This document shows, in pieces, positions 46,303 to 56,500 of a DNA stretch of 64,000 nucleotides; position 1 is the first letter of the stretch, and each line of letters opens with the position of its first letter. This stretch comes from a virus: positions 32,001 to 96,000 of IMG/VR virus record IMGVR_UViG_3300025096_000004; one strand, 5' to 3'. Both the position numbers and the translations under genes were made by a program. The notes beneath the pieces are model-generated. The model saw only the letters and a program-made list of their open reading frames with translations, made no database searches and had not been told where the DNA came from.

Positions 46303-46683
46303 ATGTCATCCCCTAAAGCCGCACCAAAATTACCAATTGAAATTGTTAATGGAACAGTTGATTCATTTGATATTTCTGAAGTACAAGAGATTGTAAAACA
46401 AAATGTCAAAATGGTTGTATTAACTTATCCCGGAGAAAGGATAATGATGCCAGAGTTTGGCGTAGGTATGCCAAGATATCTTTTTGAACAAGCAGGTTCT
46501 GAGATCCCAGCAGAACTTAAAATGATTATAAGAGACCAATTGAAAAGATATATTCCATCTATTAATTTATTAAATGTCTCTGTAAGATCCGGTTTTGATG
46601 ATCATAAATTAAATGTTTCGATATCTTATGAGATTGACTTTTTAAGTATAAAAGATCGACTAGATTTGTTATTGGAGTATTAA
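46303..46683 (+). CDS. Baseplate wedge protein, GPW/gp25 family
   Basis: VKQNVKMVVLTYPGERIMMPEFGVGM...IRDQLKRYIP. Confidence 0.9.
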   Translation: MSSPKAAPKLPIEIVNGTVDSFDISEVQEIVKQNVKMVVLTYPGERIMMPEFGVGMPRYLFEQAGSEIPAELKMIIRDQLKRYIPSINLLNVSVRSGFDDHKLNVSISYEIDFLSIKDRLDLLLEY

Positions 46684-46697
46684 ACTTATTTAAAATT

Positions 46698-46705
46698 ACT
46701 ATTTA
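46698..46705 (+). promoter_or_regulatory. ACTATTTA putative late-promoter motif
   Basis: Intergenic, upstream of the gp6-like gene. Confidence 0.55.
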
Positions 46706-46728
46706 TTGACAAGAGGGCTTAATATAAA

Positions 46729-48534
46729 ATGGCAAGAAAAAAACAAATTCCAATAAAATATACTAGTAGAGATTTTATTTCCATAAAGAGTGAACTAATA
46801 GAACACGCAAGGAGATATTATTCCGAAACGTATAAAGACTTCTCCGCCGCATCTTTCGGTTCTTTAGTTATAGATACTGTTTCTTATGTGGGAGATGTGC
46901 TATCATTTTATTTGGACTATCAGGCAAATGAGAGTTTTATGGAGACTGCCATTGAGTCAGAAAATGTCCGCCGCCATGCCAAAAATTTGGGATATAAATA
47001 TAATACAAATAGTAATTCTTTTGGTTTTGTTTCGTTGTATATTATAGTTCCATCAAATTCCGATGGCTCTTCTCCTGATTTTTCTTATGTGCCAATTTTA
47101 AAATGGGGCTCATCATTTAAATCATCAACTGGTGCCGAATATAGTTTAACAGAAAATGTCGATTTTGGGAATGCGAAAAACGATATTGTATCTGCCCGAT
47201 TTGATTCAACCACTGGTATGACTACTCATTTTGCAATCCGTGCGATAGGCCAAGTGGTGTCCGGCCAGACTGGTGCCATATCGCTTGATTTAACTTCACA
47301 TCCTTTTGAAAAATTCAAGCGTGTCCGCCTTGGTGGAACAGATATCACTGAAGTCATTTCAATAACGGATAACGAAGGTCATATATGGTATGAGGTTGAT
47401 AATTTGTCTCAGGAGATAGTATTTTTGGATACGACCAACCGCAATGCTTTTAACGATGGCGTCCCAAGTATTATTAAACCATTTGTTGCAGCTAGGCGAT
47501 TTGTTGTGGACCAAGGTCCAGAAGGAACATATTTGCAATTTGGCAATGGGTCTGATTTGTCAACACAAGTAACGGGACTCCTCGAGCCAACCCGAGTTGG
47601 CATGAAACTTTATGGAAAAAGAAATATCTCCTCTTTATCATTTGACCCCACTCACCTGATTAATTCTGGAAAACTAGGTATGTGTCCAAGTGGCAAACAC
47701 CTTCGAGCAGTAGTTAAGATAAATCCTTTCACGCAGGGATATTCTTCTCCTGTTGGGTCGATAAACACTGCTCTCACTTTCGAACTTCAATTTGAAGATC
47801 CAACTTCTCTAGATCCAACGATCATAAACTCAATCATAGATTCTCTAGAAGTAAACAACGACGATCCCATTGTTGGGTCTAATGAAGAACTGACAAAAGA
47901 TGAAATTAAAATAAGAGCAAGGGCCCACTATGCAATGCAAAACAGAGCAGTAACCGCCGGCGATTATGAATCGTTGGTTTACTCTATGCCGCCTAATTTT
48001 GGCACAGTCAAAAGGTGTAATATTATAAACGATCCGTCTTCTGCAAATCGCCGACTGGCTATGTATGTCATCTCTGAAAATGAAGACGGCCACCTAACCT
48101 CAACAAACAATATTATAAAAAATAATTTAAAAAACTGGATATCGATATATCGTTCCATAAATGATGTTGTCGATATACTTGATGCAAAGGTTGTAAATTT
48201 TGGTGTTGAATTTTCTGTTGTAACGTCCGCACAGTACAATTCGCAGGATGTCATACAATCTGCAATTTATGAACTACAAGAATATTTTAAGGATGGTATG
48301 TATATTGGAGAACCTTTGTATCTTAGTGAGATTTATAGGGCATTGAATTCAACTCCCGGCGTTGTTGATGTGAAAAATGTTAAGATAAATATTAAATCTG
48401 GCGGAGTGCATTCCGCTAACACTCTAGATTTAGATGAAATATTGTCCCGAGATGGTACATACTATAAGGTTCCAAAAAATGTAATAATGGAATTGAAGTT
48501 CCACCAGTTGGATATTAAAGGTATTATTAGATAA
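46729..48534 (+). CDS. Baseplate wedge subunit, T4 gp6/baseplate-J-like
   Basis: YTSRDF..IK..L, YVGDVLSFYLDYQANESF, LQFGNG, QNRAVTAGDYE. Confidence 0.88.
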   Translation: MARKKQIPIKYTSRDFISIKSELIEHARRYYSETYKDFSAASFGSLVIDTVSYVGDVLSFYLDYQANESFMETAIESENVRRHAKNLGYKYNTNSNSFGFVSLYIIVPSNSDGSSPDFSYVPILKWGSSFKSSTGAEYSLTENVDFGNAKNDIVSARFDSTTGMTTHFAIRAIGQVVSGQTGAISLDLTSHPFEKFKRVRLGGTDITEVISITDNEGHIWYEVDNLSQEIVFLDTTNRNAFNDGVPSIIKPFVAARRFVVDQGPEGTYLQFGNGSDLSTQVTGLLEPTRVGMKLYGKRNISSLSFDPTHLINSGKLGMCPSGKHLRAVVKINPFTQGYSSPVGSINTALTFELQFEDPTSLDPTIINSIIDSLEVNNDDPIVGSNEELTKDEIKIRARAHYAMQNRAVTAGDYESLVYSMPPNFGTVKRCNIINDPSSANRRLAMYVISENEDGHLTSTNNIIKNNLKNWISIYRSINDVVDILDAKVVNFGVEFSVVTSAQYNSQDVIQSAIYELQEYFKDGMYIGEPLYLSEIYRALNSTPGVVDVKNVKINIKSGGVHSANTLDLDEILSRDGTYYKVPKNVIMELKFHQLDIKGIIR

Positions 48535-50549
48535 TGGCTATTATAAGATACACTGCTAGCGCAGACAACACAATAACAAATGCTTTTACTGAGACAATCT
48601 TGTCTTCACAGAGAGCCACCGGATCGAACATGGGAAAATCCGATGTGCTTGAAGTATTTTCTATATATGGCCAGAGTTCCGGGTCCACAGGAGTTTCATC
48701 CGAATTGTCGAGGGTTTTGATCAAGTTCAACACAACAAAGATTGCTTCTGATCGCAATACATCAGCAGTCTTGCCGGCTTCCGGGTCTGTTAATTTCTAT
48801 CTTTGTCTTTATAATGCCCCGCATGTTTCAACCCTTCCAGAAGACTATAAGTTAACAGTAGCTCGTGTAACAAATGACTGGGAAGAGGGCTATGGCCTTG
48901 ATATGGATAATTATACAGACAAGACATATGATGGTATCGGCTCTAATTGGGTGAATGCCCAAGGAAGCCCAGCAGCAGCAACATTGGTCGATGCGATTGA
49001 TCTGACCGGCGTTTCCTATGGTGATAAATTTACGATGACAGTCCCAACCTCCGCAGGTGGAGATGGTGTCGCCCACCAATTTGTATTTGATCGTCATACC
49101 GACATCGACAACCTCTCCGATACAACTGGTTTTGGTATTAACACCCAGCATGCCGCCGACGATGCAGCAAAGGCTGCAATCTTGATTAATGCTATAAATG
49201 GAACAGCCGATACTAACAACTATCAATACGGCGGTGCTGCCCTCAGTGCCGGATCAACCCTAGCGGCTGGAACATTGGGACTCACAGCAAAGCAAGGCTC
49301 TAGCACCTCCAAGATTACTTTAACAATGGACGACAAAGGCGATGCTGGAAATGTGGCAGTTCTGACCCGTGTTACTGGATTTGCTGGTAGCAAACTAGTC
49401 ATCACCGCCGCCACCGGCGGACAGGGCCCATGGACAAATTTCGGTGGAGATTTTGTAACAGCCGCCAATAGCGGCATGGACTTTGTTGATGTATCTTTTC
49501 CAGATGGCGATGAGGATATTAAAGTGGATATCACATCAATTGTTGAGGGTTGGGTTACCACTGGTAATACAAACTATGGATTGATAGTTAAGATGTCTTC
49601 AAGTTATGAGGCATATTTTTCTGCATCCTCCGGCGCTGATACGGCCACTGCAACACACAACACATCTGGCGCCAAGCGATCTTATTATACTAAGAAATTC
49701 TTTGGCCGAGGTACTGAGTATTATTTTAAAAGACCTGTCATAGAAGCTCGATGGGATGATTCAGTCAAAGACGATAGGGGCAATATTTATCTCTCAAGTT
49801 CATTGGCTCCTCAAGCTGATAACCTTAACAAAATTTACTTATATAATTACATCAGGGGCAAACTCACAGATATCAAAGGCAACAGCAGTGAGGTACCCAA
49901 TGTTAAATTTTATTATTCCTCCGGCTCTGTACCAGAAGGCCTGCCGAGAACCTTTATTGAAAGTAATTCTTCTAAAACCAGTAACAACGCAACCCGGATC
50001 TCGAAGGGGTTATACAGCATCTCTTTCGCAATTAACAAAGATCAATTTCCAGATGGCTATCCATATCTCATCGATGTTTGGGCCCATGAGGGCAAGGAAA
50101 TACACACTGGCTCCGCAATGTTGCCCAAGTCTTTTGGATTTTCAAGTGTGAATCCAAATTCTCAATATGTTCTCGCAATATCAAACATGCGAAAGTACTA
50201 TAACAAAGATGAAACTGCAAGGTTTCGAGTATCAATTCGCTCAAAGGATTGGTCACCCACCATACACACAATAGCCTCAAACAATGTTGAATTGGCCACG
50301 GTTCCGAGTGCTTCCTACGAAATTTATAGAGTTATTGATGAAGAGATCGTCATTCCTTTTGGAACTGGTTCAATAGCACACACTATGTTATCACATGATG
50401 TGTCTGGAAACTATTTTGATCTTGATATGGGTAATTTAGAGCCGGGCTATTCTTACGGCGTTAAAATATCGATATACGAAGATTCAATCGGCTCATATCG
50501 AGAACAGCCATATACATTTAAGTTTAGAGTAAGAAAAGATGAGTATTGA
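48534..50549 (+). CDS. 671-aa baseplate/tail protein (DNRLRE-like beta-sandwich with insertion)
   Basis: YTASADNTI, SRVLIKF, VARVTNDWEEG, RPVIEARW; coupled to the gp6-like gene. Confidence 0.6.
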   Translation: MAIIRYTASADNTITNAFTETILSSQRATGSNMGKSDVLEVFSIYGQSSGSTGVSSELSRVLIKFNTTKIASDRNTSAVLPASGSVNFYLCLYNAPHVSTLPEDYKLTVARVTNDWEEGYGLDMDNYTDKTYDGIGSNWVNAQGSPAAATLVDAIDLTGVSYGDKFTMTVPTSAGGDGVAHQFVFDRHTDIDNLSDTTGFGINTQHAADDAAKAAILINAINGTADTNNYQYGGAALSAGSTLAAGTLGLTAKQGSSTSKITLTMDDKGDAGNVAVLTRVTGFAGSKLVITAATGGQGPWTNFGGDFVTAANSGMDFVDVSFPDGDEDIKVDITSIVEGWVTTGNTNYGLIVKMSSSYEAYFSASSGADTATATHNTSGAKRSYYTKKFFGRGTEYYFKRPVIEARWDDSVKDDRGNIYLSSSLAPQADNLNKIYLYNYIRGKLTDIKGNSSEVPNVKFYYSSGSVPEGLPRTFIESNSSKTSNNATRISKGLYSISFAINKDQFPDGYPYLIDVWAHEGKEIHTGSAMLPKSFGFSSVNPNSQYVLAISNMRKYYNKDETARFRVSIRSKDWSPTIHTIASNNVELATVPSASYEIYRVIDEEIVIPFGTGSIAHTMLSHDVSGNYFDLDMGNLEPGYSYGVKISIYEDSIGSYREQPYTFKFRVRKDEY

Positions 50550-53500
50550 AGACCTATTTAGAAAAAAAACAGTTGTATTTGATAGCTATGCTTCCGCCTC
50601 CGTTGATGCAGAATCATCTGAATTTATTTCATCATCGATCGCTGAAAATCAAACATTTTTGCCTGTTATTGATTTTGGCACCGCCTCTAATTTTGTAAAA
50701 TACGGATCTGCTGAACTTTATTATGAAAATGCAATAAAGAGAATTTATCAACGTTATCCTTATGATGGATCCTTGTCTGAAAAAAATGAATATCATTTGT
50801 CATCCTCAGCTTTAGATCGATGGATATATAACTATAAATACCCTAAGACGACTGGATACATAAATCTGGGAACGACCGGTCAATGCACTGACAATGATGA
50901 TCAGGGTTATTACCAATCTGCTCCGACATCAACAACTCCTAATAGTTGTACATCGGGCGTAAATGAATACATAAGAGTAAATGGAGGAATTCATACAGCC
51001 TCTGTTGGAATGGAAGGCACACCGCTAGCTGATGTTTATGATGACGCTGTTATATACCATACAGCGTCTAATCGAACAACTTCGCTTAGGATGAACTTTC
51101 AATCTGGTTCAACGATCGAATTTTGGCTTAAGAAAGATAGTTTTGCCCACGCTCGTAGTGAGGTTATATTTGACGCTTGGAATGGCGTTTTGTCTAGTTC
51201 TAGTGGTTATGGTCGATTAAAATTATATATGGATACCTATGGGTATACAAATCTTGGCAACAATTCGCCTTTGTTTGTTACTGTCTGCTCTTCATCTACT
51301 CCGATTGATAACACCTCTGCTGGTCGAATTGCAGTTAAAAATATTGGGAAAAATATTGGTAGCTCTGTTGCTCCTTATCCAATTGATTGGACTCACATCG
51401 CAGTTAGTTTTCTGTCTGAATCAAATGGCATGAGGGTTAAAACTTATGTTAATGGTGAAGAGAACGATGACCAACTGTTGGGTTCAATAGGATTTAATGA
51501 GGTAACTGGGGCCATTACTGCTAACATTGGGGCCCTTCGTGCTACTCCTCCATCTGATTCTGCCACGGCTAATCATGGTGCAAACGATCACGATATAATG
51601 AATGGATACGGCAAACTATCTGCATCTCTTGATGAATTTCGATATTGGAAAGTCAAAAGGACCTCTGAGGAGATCCAAAAGAATTATTGGCATCCGATTG
51701 GTGGAGGTCAAAATAAGAAGCACCCCGATGAACAATTAAGAAATTTAGGAGTTTATTTTAAATTTAACGAGGGTATCACAGGCACCTCATCTACAGATTC
51801 TGCCGTCTTGGATTATTCTGGTCGAATTGCTAATGGTAATTGGGTCGGCTTCCCCGGCTCGGTTGCAAGAAATACAGGCTCTGCATTTGTATCCGCCTCC
51901 GTGTTAACCTCTGAACCTCCCGATCCTATTATATATTCTTCTCACCCAGAAGTTGTTTCTTTATCATCAGAAATGCAAGAGTCAGGATCATTGCATGATA
52001 GAGTGAGTGGCAGTTTTTTATATGAAACTATTCCACACTGGATTCGCGAAGAGGACACCAAAGGAAACACAAAGGCTCTTTTTCAAATCATGTCAAGTTA
52101 TTTTGATACATTACATTCACAAATTACTGAATTGACAAAGTTGCAAGAAAAAAGATATTTTAATATTGACAATCCTGATTATGAGGTTCGACCAACAGAC
52201 TTTGCCAAAAAAATGCTTGATGGTCGAGGCCTGCTGGTTCCTGAGCTTTTCCCAAATACTTCTGTGTTAGAATATTTCATGCAAAGAAATGAAGATAAAA
52301 TAAAGTTTGATCATAGCATTAATGATATTAAAAATATGATCTATCAAAATATTTATAACAATTTAGAATACATTTTTAAATCCAAAGGAACCCATGAAGG
52401 TTATCGTAATTTATTGAGATGTTTTGGCATTGATGATGAAATACTTAAGTTAAATATGTATACTGACAAGGGTATTCATTACTTTAGAGATAATGTAAGA
52501 CATACTTCGGTTAAGAAAAAGTATATAAATTTTAATAGTTTAGATAAGATAGAAGCAACAGTTTATCAAACAGCATCCACCTCTGGTGGTAATACTTTTA
52601 TTGCCGGCACCAAGACGGCTTCTAGTTATGAAAGATATTCTTCATTCACTTATGAGGTTGACTTAATAGTGCCCTTTAAGGTAAAGCCCGGCCTTTCTGG
52701 ATATTATTCTATTGATTTTGTAACAGCTTCTATATTTGGCCAACATGAGGCAAAATCAACCGCATCTGACTATACATGGGGTGAAGGCCCTGTTGATGAC
52801 GCCGCATTTCAAGTTTATTTAATTCGAGAAGAAAGTAATTCTGAAAATGCTTATTTTATGCTAACCTCCTCTGTCTTGGGAGTCGAATTAAAGACTCCAA
52901 CATATTATAAGATTTATGACAACGAGCGTTGGAATTTGGCTGTTAGGATAAAACCAGAGCATTTTCCATTTGATGGAGGTGTAACTAGTCAAATAGCACC
53001 TTCTTATGTTGTGGAGTTTTATGGTATTAATTACGCACTAGACAATGTTCGCAATGAGTTTGATCTTAGTACTACAATTAGCAATGCCTTGGGTTCTGCC
53101 CTTCAACATGCCAACAAAAGGGTTTATATGGGCGCCTATCGCACCAATTTTACCGGTTCGGTGTTGCAAAAAACTGATTTGCAGATTGGATCTCTCCGTG
53201 TTTGGATGGATTATTTAGATAATAGTGTGATAAAACAACATGCATTGGATCCGTTTAATTATGGTGCATCAAAAAATGCATTTTCAAATTCTACCATGTT
53301 TACATATAATTTGAGTGGATCTCATATTCCAAAGTATGATTCTTTGGTATTATTTTGGCAATTGGACACTTTAACTGGATCTGATTCGAGTGGCTTTTTG
53401 GCTATTGATGATTTCTCAAGCGGTTCTTCTGATTCTGTATATGGTTGGGTAGATAATATTATAAGAGAAAAACACCCAGCAAAGGGCCAATATTTCCCAG

Positions 53501-56500
53501 CCTCATCAACTTCACCAATTTCAAATGAATTTATTTTTGCTAGCAGAAAGCAGCTACCTGAAGTGTCGGTATCTTATGACAGGATATTCGTCAAGGAAGA
53601 CGAAGAAAAATATTTTATTGAAGATGACGATCTAAGTGACAATTTTTATTCTCTGGAGAAGAGTTTTTATGCTAATGTTTCTGAAGAAATGTTGGACACC
53701 TTTTCAACAGTGGCTGAATTGTCAAATCTTATGGGAAAATATCAAGATCGGTATAAGAGAAATTACACCAAGATGGACCATCTTAGAAAATTGTTCTTTG
53801 AGCGGGTCGACGGCGATTTAGATTTTGACCAATTTACTTCTTATTTCAAGTGGATTGATTCTTCTATTTCGACAATAGTTAGGCAACTTGTTCCTATTTC
53901 TGCCAGAATTTCTCCTGATGTATCCAATATGATTGAAGATCATATGCTGGAAAGGAACAAATATGATAATAAATTTCCATTATTAGAGCGAGAAGTACAA
54001 GATCCTAAGTTTGGTTCCATAAAAGCAATTAACGAGTTAAATTATAATTGGAAATTTGGCCACGCTCCAATTGAAACCGTAATTCCTGAAACTGCAACCT
54101 GTTTGTTCATCGACAATCACAATCAGGTTAACTCAGTTGAATATTTAAAAACCGAATATTCAAGTTTAGACGGTGGAAATAGCACTTTGACAACATTTGC
54201 GCCAACTGATTTTACCATTTCAATGTGGTTAAATCCAAGTTCTTTGATGAGTTCCAAGGCAATAATTTTTGCTCTTCATCGCTCCAATACATTTATAAGT
54301 CCGATACAAATTGGCATAGGTTCTAATAATAAATTGTTTTTTACGACAATCTATAGTGGCGACATGATTACGTGGGAGGCTGATGCATTGCAGTGGGGAA
54401 ACCAACTCCCCTTGGATCAATGGTCACACATTTCCATAGTATTTAATGGTTCCGCCACGAATGGTGCCCAATCTGACTCAACAGTGACTTTTTATACCAA
54501 TGGGTCGCCATATTCGGGAACCATAAACAGAACTACATCTGGCGGTTCGTTCCCAACGGGCAGCCCTGATTCTTATGAAGACACTTCAGGTTGGCTTCTC
54601 GGTGTCGGCATGGCCGGCGGAGCCTTTGAATTTATTGGAAAAATTGATGATTTGGCTGTTTGGAAAACTTTGCTATCTTCATCTGAGGTATCTGCGGCCT
54701 ATAACAGCGCCACCCCGGTTGATTTGAAAACAGTTCAAGCATCTAATATTTTAGCTTGGTGGAGAATGGGAGATAGCCATCACGACACTGATCCTCCTCA
54801 ATTAACGGTGTACAATGAAATTGACTCAAATTTTCCTCTTGAGCAGATCGGAGAAGCAGGGGCAATAGAATTTCAAACTGGTGTTACAAATGTATATAGT
54901 ACAACTGTGCTAGCCTCATCGGATCCAACGTTTGATAATAGACATTGCTTGTGGTGGGATGAACGCGCCCTCCGGGACCATGATGTAACAACGAGTAATT
55001 CAACAAATGATGAACAAAGAGAAACAATAAGAAAATTAAGCACATTTGAAGTCTCTTCCTCTTCTCCTATTTTTTCTAAAACAGATAATACAATATATTC
55101 CGGCTCTGCTTATGCAATACGAAGATTCTCAAAGCCTTACAAATTGACGGCCATCGAGCAACCAGTGATCCATGCTGGAACGAATTATGATAGAAGAAAA
55201 AATCGAGATATAATCCACAATGCAGTTCACATTCATGGACCATATGCTAGCACTGGTGTTCCTTCGAACATTGTACTGGTCGGTGCCCTCGGCGGCGATG
55301 GTCTAACCAAAGAGATAGATTGTGTTGACATCGAGGAGCCAACTTTGGACTCTTCGGGGACATCTATTATTGCCAGAAAGAAGAAAAGGAATAGTGCTGC
55401 CATCATGGGGCGCGAATACGAAGATGAAAAACATACGCTTGATAGAATTCTTCCCGGTGATATGGTGTTACCATTTAATATTTATTCCTCTTCAACTGAC
55501 GGTATGGATGGGACTTATAAAGCTATACGATTTACCTATGCTAAGAATATTATTTTTACAAACTTGCATTCTGACACCTATGGAAATCAAAATGATATAG
55601 GTCTTCAAGGCCCCTTTTCAGATACTTGGGTCGGCGGCCATCAACATCGTCATGTTCCATTAAACCATCCAGATGCAAATTATATATCATACACGCCATC
55701 AAATAACCCACAGAAACCAAACCCAACAACTCCTCCTAATAATTTGGCAGACCTTCACACGAGACCAGAAGCTTGGTATATTTATCATCAATCTGCTGGA
55801 AACCTTGAGGATCCTTTGGGTAATGGCCCAGACACCGACGGTATCATTGGCGTTGTAGGTCCTGACTATGGTTTCGGATATCCATCTCCTTTTATGAAAT
55901 ATGCTTATAAATATCGTGATGAAAGGGCGAAGAGACCGTTTAATATTAGAAATATAAAAACAATCCGACCTCAGTTTGATTCAACTGGGTCCTATCTTCT
56001 TAACACCGATGGTATCCACCGCCAGTCTCATCCATATTTTCACTCATCCTCTGGTCAGAGTCATAAAATGACCGGGTCTGCTAGACTGGGGAATTTTTAT
56101 TCTAATTATGAGGTGGTTCAAACTACCGGGCGCTCTACCAACAATCTTTATCTCAGAAAAGCTTTTGGATCAGCAGATGTGGATGGTCAGGAGTCTCCAT
56201 TTTTACCAGAGGCGATGAAAAGTGCTAACTCAGAAATATATTCTGGCAACACTTTGTTAACGAACGCCACTCACTATTCTTCATTGTATGGTCGAAGACC
56301 ATCTGTGTTACACACCCAAGCAAACCATTTTTTGCGAACTCCATCTGCGGCCGAGGGCATTGGCCACTTGGGAACCAAACAGTATTGTGTTGATTTTACC
56401 CAAACACCAGACTCTGGTTTATCTATTCGGAGATTGTTTACCAACTTACATCAAATTAATGGTACGGGAATCTTGAGTGAGTTCTGTTTTTCAATGTGGT

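Noticed and set aside
46706-46728. TTGACA...TATAAA upstream of the gp6-like gene as a sigma70 promoter
   Set aside because: The spacer is only 11 nt; the adjacent ACTATTTA motif is the better candidate
33458-48534. Bacterial T6SS or extracellular contractile injection system (gp25/TssE, baseplate-J/TssF, VgrG-like, OmpA/TagL-like)
   Set aside because: No TssJ/L/M, TssK or ClpV. The context has a phage sigma, PhoH, giant virion ORFs and internal-protein-like genes. A phage tail is more parsimonious, although capsid genes are outside the window.
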